Positions 11,215 to 17,913 of a DNA stretch of 64,000 nucleotides are shown piece after piece. The DNA lies in the NCBI GenBank assembly GCA_963820525.1, contig CAWGAA010000001.1, positions 1,408,001 to 1,472,000 on the forward strand, given 5' to 3'. Below the pieces are notes generated by a model. It was not told the DNA's origin. It worked only from the letters and a program-made list of their open reading frames with translations, and did not search any database. The translations under genes were made by a program, and so were the position numbers. This DNA is from an uncultured Spirochaetota bacterium (GTDB lineage: Bacteria > Spirochaetota > Spirochaetia > SZUA-6 > Fen-1364). The first letter of the stretch is position 1. Each line of letters opens with the position of its first letter.

Positions 11215-11269
11215 AGGACGCCAGTCCCATGACGGCTGATCTTCCCTTCACTGAATATGGAGGTTAAAC

Positions 11270-12400
11270 ATGGACGATCTAAAAATCAAGAAGGTAGAGG
11301 ACTGCCGCTATGACGGGGTTTCCCTGGGCGAGGTGATGATGCGGATCGATCCGGGAGACGTGCCGACGGCGCGGGCGCGCAGCGCCCGCATCTGGCACGG
11401 AGGCGGGGAGACCAATGTGGCCGAGGGGTTGTCCTCCTGCTTCGGGCTGCGGACCGCCGTGGTGACGGCCCTCGTCGACGACGGCGTTGGGCGAAACATC
11501 GAGTGCCAGCTCCGGGAGGCCGGGGTCGACACCTCGCACATCATCTGGTATGCCACGAAGGGCTCCGGCAAGCTCGTCACCGACGGCAAGGGCACTCTCC
11601 ACAATGGCATCAACTTCACCTGGAAGGGCAAGGGGGTTCTGCCGTCGATCACCGAGTACTACCGCGCACACACCCCGATCCGTGAGATCGAACCCGGGGA
11701 CGTGGACTGGAAGGGTCTCTTCGCGCAGGGGGTTCGCTGGTTCAATACCGGGGGAATCTACAACTGCATCTCGCCGTCCTCCACGCTCGTCGCGCGGGAG
11801 GCGCTGAAAGCGGCGAAGGATGCGGGCACCGTCACCGCCTACGATCTGAACTACCGCTCGAAGGTCGAGCCGAACAAGGAAAAGGCGCGGGAGAACAATC
11901 GCGGAGTGGTTCCGTTCGTCGATTTCCTGGCGGGCAACCAGAGTGACTTCGAGGACTCTCTCGGCGAGGAATGCAGGAAAGTGGGAAAGGATCAACCCTT
12001 CGAGCATTGGCTGGATGCGTACTCCGAGATGCTGCGGCGGGTGGCCAAGAAATACCCCAACCTCAAGCTGATAGGAACCCAGCTGCGCGCGGCGTTGAGC
12101 GCGGACAGGATCAACTGGGGCGCCGTGCTCTACGACCCTTCCGAAGACAAGATCCACCTGGCGGCGGTCCGCGAAGGGGTGGAGATAATGGACAGGACGG
12201 GCGGCGGGGATTCGTTCGCCTCCGGCGTTGCGGCCGCCCTGATGAAGGGGAAATCCCTCGCCGACGCGGTGCAGTGGGGCGCCGCACACGGCATCTGCGT
12301 GCAGGAAACGCCGGGAGACGTCTCTCTGGTGAGGCAGGGGGACGTGGAGGCGGAGGTCGCCCGCGCGCTGAAGGGCGGCGGTGTGAGCGCCCTTCGGTAG
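11270..12400 (+). CDS. kdgK: PfkB-family sugar kinase, 2-keto-3-deoxygluconate kinase-like
   Basis: GEVMMR, GGGETNVA, YDLNYR and DRTGGGDSFASG motifs; adjacent to an Eda-like aldolase. Confidence 0.8.
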   Translation: MDDLKIKKVEDCRYDGVSLGEVMMRIDPGDVPTARARSARIWHGGGETNVAEGLSSCFGLRTAVVTALVDDGVGRNIECQLREAGVDTSHIIWYATKGSGKLVTDGKGTLHNGINFTWKGKGVLPSITEYYRAHTPIREIEPGDVDWKGLFAQGVRWFNTGGIYNCISPSSTLVAREALKAAKDAGTVTAYDLNYRSKVEPNKEKARENNRGVVPFVDFLAGNQSDFEDSLGEECRKVGKDQPFEHWLDAYSEMLRRVAKKYPNLKLIGTQLRAALSADRINWGAVLYDPSEDKIHLAAVREGVEIMDRTGGGDSFASGVAAALMKGKSLADAVQWGAAHGICVQETPGDVSLVRQGDVEAEVARALKGGGVSALR

Positions 12401-12428
12401 GCGGAGCGGAGTCGAGAGGAGAAAAACC

Positions 12429-13193
12429 ATGGCGGGATACAGAAGGGACCGGAAGCGGGTGGATGCCGCGATGCGGAAGAGCGGAGTGTGCGTCGTGATG
12501 AACAAGAACCACGTCACGAAGCCCGAGCACCTCGTGACGACAATGCAGGCAGTATACGAGGCCGGGTACGTTGCGGAATGCACTTTCCGCATTGACGCGG
12601 CCCTCATCCGTGAGGCGATGCAAGAGCTTACGAAAATCCGTGACAGGATGAGCGGCGAGCGGCCGTTCGTTCTCGGCGTTGGAAGCGTGATCAACCCCCG
12701 GGAGCTTGAGTCTGCCATCGATATGGGCTTCGACATGATCGTAGCGCCGGCGAACGTGATGGGGGGATGCGGAACCGGGGCGGATTTCGTGCGAATCGGG
12801 CACAAGGCCGGGGTATTCTGCGCACCCGCGGTGTTCACCCCGACGGAGCTCAACTACTTCATCGAAAGGGACGACGGCCTGGAGCCCGACGCGATCAAGA
12901 TCTTCCCCGCGGGCTCCCACGGGCCGAAGGGCGTGGCGGACCTCCTGGCTCCGTTCGTTCGCGACAGGCACAAGGGACGCATCGTCATGCCCACGGGCGC
13001 GGTCGACTTCGTCACCGGTCCCCAGTACATCAAGGCAATATCCGAGCGCGGCTATTTCCCCGTGCTGGGAATGTCGGCTCCTCTGAAGCTGGTGGAGACG
13101 GAGAAAAAACCCGGGGACGCAGACGTGGTGCGGAGATCCCTGGAGGATTTCACCAAGAAGCTGGCGGCGGCGAAGGCCGAGCTGGGCATGTAG
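12429..13193 (+). CDS. eda: KDPG/KHG aldolase-like protein (divergent)
   Basis: ECTFR, GVGSV, FTPTE, KIFPA (Schiff-base Lys) and MPTG motifs. Confidence 0.7.
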   Translation: MAGYRRDRKRVDAAMRKSGVCVVMNKNHVTKPEHLVTTMQAVYEAGYVAECTFRIDAALIREAMQELTKIRDRMSGERPFVLGVGSVINPRELESAIDMGFDMIVAPANVMGGCGTGADFVRIGHKAGVFCAPAVFTPTELNYFIERDDGLEPDAIKIFPAGSHGPKGVADLLAPFVRDRHKGRIVMPTGAVDFVTGPQYIKAISERGYFPVLGMSAPLKLVETEKKPGDADVVRRSLEDFTKKLAAAKAELGM

Positions 13194-13202
13194 ATACGGA
13201 AA

Positions 13203-13228
13203 CGGGGAGGCGGCCGTCTGCCTCTCCG
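13203..13228. terminator. Hairpin between convergent genes
   Basis: CGGGGAGGCGG-ccgt-CTGCCTCTCCG stem (with G-U pairs) between the two stop codons. Confidence 0.55.
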
Positions 13229-13239
13229 CGGCTTCAATT

Positions 13240-14214
13240 TCAACGCGCGAGCACGCTCGGATTCACGCAGGACAAGGGCGGTTTACCCGAAAGCACCAGC
13301 ACCGCGTTTCGCGCGGTGGAGCGCTGAAGCTCCGCTTGAGATTCCTCGCTGTACCACGCCATGTGATCGGTCAACACCACATTTGTCAGCTTGAAAAGCG
13401 CGCAATTCTTCTTCGGGGGTTCGGGCTCGTAGACATCGATGCCCACAGCCGCGATCTGGCCCGTCTCGAGCGCGGTGACCAGCGCGTCGGGATCCACAAC
13501 CTTGCCGCGGGAGGTGTTGACCAGAATCGCGGTGGGCTTCATCCGTGCGAACTGGCCCGGTCCGATCATGTGGAGGGTCTGATCGTTGAGGGGCGCGTGC
13601 ACGGATATGAAATCCGCCTGGGCGCACAACTCGTCCAGCTCCACGCGGCGAACCCCGTGCGCCGCCGCCTCCGCGTCCGTGACGTAGGGATCGAAGATCA
13701 ACACCTCCGCAAGGCCGAACCCGCTTACTTTGCGGCGAAGCGTCCGGGGAATCGCCCCGAAGCCGACAAGGCCCAAAGTCTTTCCCGCGATGCGGTGGAC
13801 CGGCTCCTTGGACCCGATGTCCCACAGGCCGCTTCGCACCTGGCGGTCACGGCTCGCCGTGCGGCGGACGCAGCTCAACAGAAGCGCGAGGGCGTGATCG
13901 GAAACCTCCTCGTTGCAGTACCCACGGACATTGCACACCGGGATCCCCCTCTCGGTCGCCGCGGGGACGTTCACGTTGTCCACGCCGACGCCGTAGCGGG
14001 AGATGACCTTGCAGCGGCTCATCGCGGCTATCGCCTCTTTGCCAACGGGCGCCATCCGCGTGATGACCCCGTCGGCTTCGCGGCACGCCTCCGCCACGTC
14101 GGCTTCGGTCTTGCATTCGCTGAGGATGAGCTCGACTTCCCCCAGCGCGGCAAGCTCCTTGCGCTCCGGCTCATACGTCGCGTAGCCAAGATCGGTGACT
14201 ACAATCCGCAGCAT
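13240..14214 (-). CDS. D-isomer-specific 2-hydroxyacid dehydrogenase (SerA/CtBP-like)
   Basis: RYGVGVDN, GLVGFGAI, VNTSRG, DVYEPEP and DHMAWYS motifs. Confidence 0.9.
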   Translation of the reverse strand: MLRIVVTDLGYATYEPERKELAALGEVELILSECKTEADVAEACREADGVITRMAPVGKEAIAAMSRCKVISRYGVGVDNVNVPAATERGIPVCNVRGYCNEEVSDHALALLLSCVRRTASRDRQVRSGLWDIGSKEPVHRIAGKTLGLVGFGAIPRTLRRKVSGFGLAEVLIFDPYVTDAEAAAHGVRRVELDELCAQADFISVHAPLNDQTLHMIGPGQFARMKPTAILVNTSRGKVVDPDALVTALETGQIAAVGIDVYEPEPPKKNCALFKLTNVVLTDHMAWYSEESQAELQRSTARNAVLVLSGKPPLSCVNPSVLAR

Positions 14215-14309
14215 GTCGGCACCCTCTCTCCGCGCCGCTTGCAGGCGCATCGCCCGGCTTAAGCGGCGGCTGGAATCCTTGCGCGCCTCTCTATCGCTCT
14301 TTCTTCTAT

Positions 14310-14330
14310 GATGTCAGATATCTGACGTCT
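14310..14330. promoter_or_regulatory. Putative GntR operator upstream of the dehydrogenase
   Basis: GATGTCA-GATATCT-GACGTCT: three tandem heptamers containing the perfect palindrome GTCAGATATCTGAC (14313-14326). Confidence 0.65.
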
Positions 14331-14341
14331 CGAATAGAGGG

Positions 14342-14395
14342 CCCATGGGTGACCACGAGCCACCTGCTTTCCATTGATGCGGCCAGGAGGGAATT
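14342..14395 (+). repeat. Copy 2 of the 54-bp direct repeat; orphan 3' gene fragment (frame closes at TGA 14433-14435)
   Basis: Encodes the same PWVTTSHLLSIDAARRE peptide; all 6 mismatches versus 1168-1221 are synonymous third positions. Confidence 0.9.
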
Positions 14396-14524
14396 ACCCC
14401 AAATCGCGGCTCGAGGGCGGCGCCCCCGCCGGTGAGACAAATCCGATGAAGCGCATCCCCAGCCCTCCAATGAAGCAAGCACACCGTTGTGCAGCGCGAG
14501 CCGCCGGGCGAGGCGCAGCATCCG

Positions 14525-14553
14525 TTGTGCGATGGAAAATCATCGACTATAAT
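14525..14553 (+). promoter_or_regulatory. Sigma70 promoter of the gene at 14602
   Basis: TTGTGC-17 nt-TATAAT, followed by an AAGGAG RBS before ATG 14602. Confidence 0.65.
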
Positions 14554-14601
14554 GAAAGGCGCTATCGACTCACCGCCGTTCTTATCCGGAAAGGAGTGCC
14601 G

Positions 14602-15270
14602 ATGCAGCCCATAAGCTTCAACCTCGCCGACCTGGGACTGGGACAGTGGATTGTCATCGGCTTGAGCGTTCTGGTGGGAGTCTGGTTCGTCGCGGGAATC
14701 GCGGTCAACAGGAGAGTGGGGCGAAGGGCGAGCGCCTGGCTCGCCTCAGGCCTGGATGGGTACACGTGCGGCCAGCCGAGCTGGGTGGACCTGGCCACCG
14801 CCGCGGTAGTGACGAAAGCCGCGCGTCCGGCACTTCCCCTGGAAAGGATTGAGGCGATTTTAGCATTGGAGAGGAGAGAGAACCTTCCTCTCTGGCTTTT
14901 CCAGCACGCGGCTGGAAAACGGGACAGCGTGATCCTGCGCGCGAATCTGAAGAAAAAGCCGGTTTTCGAGGCGCATCTGATTCCTTCAAGTGAATATGCG
15001 CAGATTGCCGCGTATAGTCACCGCGAGCCGCCGCTTCAGAGGGGTGAAGATCGAGATGGATTCACGCTATTCGTCGGCGGAGATGCGAGCGCGCCGGCCA
15101 TCCAGGCCCTTGAAGCGCTCAAGGAGCGTTTCAAAGGATCGCTCATCAGGGTGAGCGTGCGCGGCGAAAGCCCGCACCTGCTTTTGCACGTGAGGCTCGT
15201 CGCGCTGCGCGATGCCTCACCGGCTGTCGCGTTGGCACTGGACGAGATAGCCCGAAAGAGTCAAGCGTAG
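14602..15270 (+). CDS. Single-pass membrane protein resembling CCDC47/PAT1 (DUF1682)
   Basis: N-terminal TM followed by G-x3-N-R..A-x-W and ERIEAILALERRENLPLWLF..KRDSV. Resemblance to CCDC47 was judged by eye. Confidence 0.55.
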   Translation: MQPISFNLADLGLGQWIVIGLSVLVGVWFVAGIAVNRRVGRRASAWLASGLDGYTCGQPSWVDLATAAVVTKAARPALPLERIEAILALERRENLPLWLFQHAAGKRDSVILRANLKKKPVFEAHLIPSSEYAQIAAYSHREPPLQRGEDRDGFTLFVGGDASAPAIQALEALKERFKGSLIRVSVRGESPHLLLHVRLVALRDASPAVALALDEIARKSQA

Positions 15271-15297
15271 AAGGTGCTCGCGGCAGCGGGCGGGCCG

Positions 15298-16275
15298 TTA
15301 TCCGAACAGAAGCCCGGCGGTGCGCTCCAGCATGGGGATGCCCCTGATCTCCGTTTCGAACAGCGGGAGGACTGCCCGCACCCTTTCGTCGAAGAGGCTG
15401 TCGATCTGCTTCATGTACTCTTCCTGCATGGCGACCCTGTTCTTCACGAAATCGGGGATGCCGGCGCCCAGGTCCGTGCGGTCGATCTTCATGTTGACGA
15501 TCACTCCGCCCACGGGGATCCCGAAATCCTTGAACCAGTTGATGAAACGGGTCACCACTGCGATGGGCAGGGCTTCCGGCAGGGTGATGAAAAAGAACGA
15601 GGTGAGCGCTTCGTCCGTGAGGAGCTTCTTCGCGTTGCCCATCCTCTCCCGCAGGCTCACCAGGTATTCCATCAGGGGATCCTTCTCCTTCTTCTTCCTG
15701 CTGTAGGAGAGAAGGTCCTTCAGGCTCATGGCCTCCTCGCGGCTCTTGACCATCTTGTTGACCCACATGGCGTAGACTCCCGACATTCCAAGGAGCCGCC
15801 GGGCATTGGCGGTGGGAGCCGTGTCGAACACATAGGCCTCGTACTTGTCCTCGAACATGAGGTCGATCATGTTCTCGAACATGGCCGACTCCTCGAACGA
15901 AGGGTTCATGGTCGCGGACTCGACGAACTCGTCGGCCTTGGTCTTGAGCTCGGCGTACTTGAGGAACCACTCGATCTTCTCCCGTATCTCCTTTTTGGAT
16001 TTTTCTATCGTGTCGTGCGTGTCGATTTCATAGGCGGACAGGTTGGGATGGCCCGGTATCTGCGTGGGTTTGCCGAACACGTCGAGGTCGAGCATGCCCG
16101 ACAGCGAGTGCACGGGGTTCGTGGAGGCGAGCAGGGTCCTCTTGCCCTGCTGTGCGCACCACAGGGCCGCGGCGCCGGCGAGCACGGTCTTCCCCACCCC
16201 TCCCTTGCCGCCGAAAAACAGGTACTTCAATCCCTTATTTGCAGCCAGGTACTGGCGCATGGTTTTTCCCGTCAT
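15298..16275 (-). CDS. ArsA/Get3/TRC40-family ATPase, subunit B (switch I Asp replaced by Asn)
   Basis: GGKGGVGKT, STNPVHSLS, DTAPTAN and IVN motifs. ATG at 16275 overlaps the upstream stop (ATGA) and has a GGAGG RBS. Confidence 0.9.
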   Translation of the reverse strand: MTGKTMRQYLAANKGLKYLFFGGKGGVGKTVLAGAAALWCAQQGKRTLLASTNPVHSLSGMLDLDVFGKPTQIPGHPNLSAYEIDTHDTIEKSKKEIREKIEWFLKYAELKTKADEFVESATMNPSFEESAMFENMIDLMFEDKYEAYVFDTAPTANARRLLGMSGVYAMWVNKMVKSREEAMSLKDLLSYSRKKKEKDPLMEYLVSLRERMGNAKKLLTDEALTSFFFITLPEALPIAVVTRFINWFKDFGIPVGGVIVNMKIDRTDLGAGIPDFVKNRVAMQEEYMKQIDSLFDERVRAVLPLFETEIRGIPMLERTAGLLFG

Positions 16276-17251
16276 TGCTTGCCTCCGAACAGCGTTTCCG
16301 CCATCTTCTCGATCATCGGCAGCCCCGTGATGTCCCGCTCGAACTCCGGCACCTGGGCGAGGACTTCCCGACCGAACATCAAGTCTATCTGCTCCAAGTG
16401 GCCCTTCTGCATCCGCAGGCGGTTTCTCAGGTACACCGGGATATCCTGGTTGGCCAGCTCCCGCGGGATCACCCGGTTGACGATGTACCCCGACAGCGGA
16501 ACGTTGTATTTTGCGAACATCCCCGCGGCCTTCTTGGTGTCGATGATGATCATCTCCTCGGGAATGAGGACAAAGAAGAAAGCGGTCTTCTGCTTGTCGG
16601 TGAGGATGCCGGACGACATGTTGATCCGGCGCTTGATGAACTGGAGCTCTTTCAGGATCTGGTCCTCCTCGCTTTCCTTTTCCCGCTTCATTACCGCGGC
16701 AACCTGGGAATACTCCTTCATCTCCGCGCGCAATGCGGTAATCTTGTCTATCCACTCGTCGTAGACCGACGCCATGCTGAGGTAGTACAGGGCGTGCCCC
16801 AGGGGCACGAGGTCGTAGATGTAGTAGTCGTATTGGCCGCCCACAACGATGTCGACCACCGCATCGAAGATGGCGCTTTCCTCCATGGCGGGCTCGGCGG
16901 CCGCGGCCTGGATATAGTTCTCGATGTCTTCGGGGACCTTGTCCAGGCCGTACATGTCGAGGATCTTCTTTCTGATCTCATCCTGGTAGTCCTTAATGCG
17001 CTTGTCCGCGTCGATCTCCTGCGCATAGAGGTTGGGGATGATCTCCACGGGCCCTTTCCGAAGATGTCCTTCTGGAAGATGTCGGAGAGGCTCGCCTGCG
17101 GATCCACGGAGAATACCAGCACCTTTTTGCCCTGCTTGGCCAGCCAGTATGCGGTGGTGGCGCTGAAGGTGGTCTTGCCCAGCCCGCCCTTGCCGCCGAA
17201 CATGAGGTAACGGCGGTCGGGGTAGGTTTCAAAGAATTTGCGCAGCGACAT
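16272..17251 (-). CDS. ArsA/Get3/TRC40-family ATPase, subunit A; 1-nt frameshift at ~17050
   Basis: GGKGGLGKTT, SVDPQASLSD, DLVPLGH and IVNRV motifs. Adding one base to the G3 run at 17049-17051 restores ..FGKGPVEIIPNL.. Confidence 0.9.
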
Positions 17252-17272
17252 CGTGATGACTCCTGCAGCTTT

Positions 17273-17566
17273 TCAGGCCAATGCGTCGGTGAGGTCTTTC
17301 TCCCTCAGCATGCGCCGCTTCCAGGTGGAAATCTGGGGCACCACGTAAGGCAGGAGGCGCAGACTGTAGTATGGGGGAAGGATGGGAACGCCCAGCAGGT
17401 CTCCCATGGTGATGAGGATGAATAGATGCTCCATGCTGCCGCGGGTCTTGAGGGCGAAGCGGGCCATGTCGTGCCCGGCCATGCCGTACAGCACGTTCTT
17501 GACCCCCTCCATCAGCTTGCCCTTCTTTTTTTCTTCAGGCTTCTCCTGCGATTTCTCTTCCGGCAT
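17273..17566 (-). CDS. Small CstA-associated protein, paralog 2 (97 aa)
   Basis: AAGGAG RBS; core LFILITMGDLLGVPILPPYYSLRLLPY is shared with the neighbouring paralog. Confidence 0.85.
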   Translation of the reverse strand: MPEEKSQEKPEEKKKGKLMEGVKNVLYGMAGHDMARFALKTRGSMEHLFILITMGDLLGVPILPPYYSLRLLPYVVPQISTWKRRMLREKDLTDALA

Positions 17567-17580
17567 GGTCACTCCTTATT

Positions 17581-17913
17581 CTATGTTATTTCCTGGTCGC
17601 ACAGATCCGTCAGATCCCGCGGGCGTGAGAGGCTGGTCCGCCAGTCTTCGAGGCGGAACGCAACGTAGGGCAAAAGCCGCAGCGTGTAGTACGACGGGAG
17701 CACCGGAACGCCCAGGAGGTCTCCAAAAACGAGCAGGATGAAGAGCTTCTCCCTCTGCCCCCGTTCCTTCTGGACGTCGCGCACCATCTCCCAGATCGTG
17801 GCGCCGTAGAGCATCTGCCAAACGGTGCGGACCGCTTTTTTCAGAAGAGAGCGGAGGCTCCGCAGCCTCCGCCCCCGTCGATCCGTCTTTCCCTCCCTCT
17901 CCCCCTGTCTCAC
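17581..17913 (-). CDS. Small CstA-associated protein, paralog 1 (start uncertain: GTG 17913 overlapping the cstA stop, or ATG 17814)
   Basis: Core LFILLVFGDLLGVPVLPSYYTLRLLPY..W...RDLTD matches paralog 2. Confidence 0.8.
   Translation of the reverse strand: MRQGEREGKTDRRGRRLRSLRSLLKKAVRTVWQMLYGATIWEMVRDVQKERGQREKLFILLVFGDLLGVPVLPSYYTLRLLPYVAFRLEDWRTSLSRPRDLTDLCDQEIT

Noticed and set aside
16276..16755. 160-aa N-terminal extension of ATPase B given in the ORF track
   Set aside because: It is an alternative frame overlapping ATPase A. The real start is 16275 (RBS and ATGA overlap) or 16260.
17040..17060. Programmed ribosomal frameshift in ATPase A
   Set aside because: There is no slippery heptamer, and a single missing base in a short G run matches the error pattern elsewhere in the window.
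15298..17251. Arsenic-resistance (ars) operon
   Set aside because: There are no metalloid-binding cysteines and no arsB/acr3/arsC/arsD/arsR; the genes are coupled to cstA instead.
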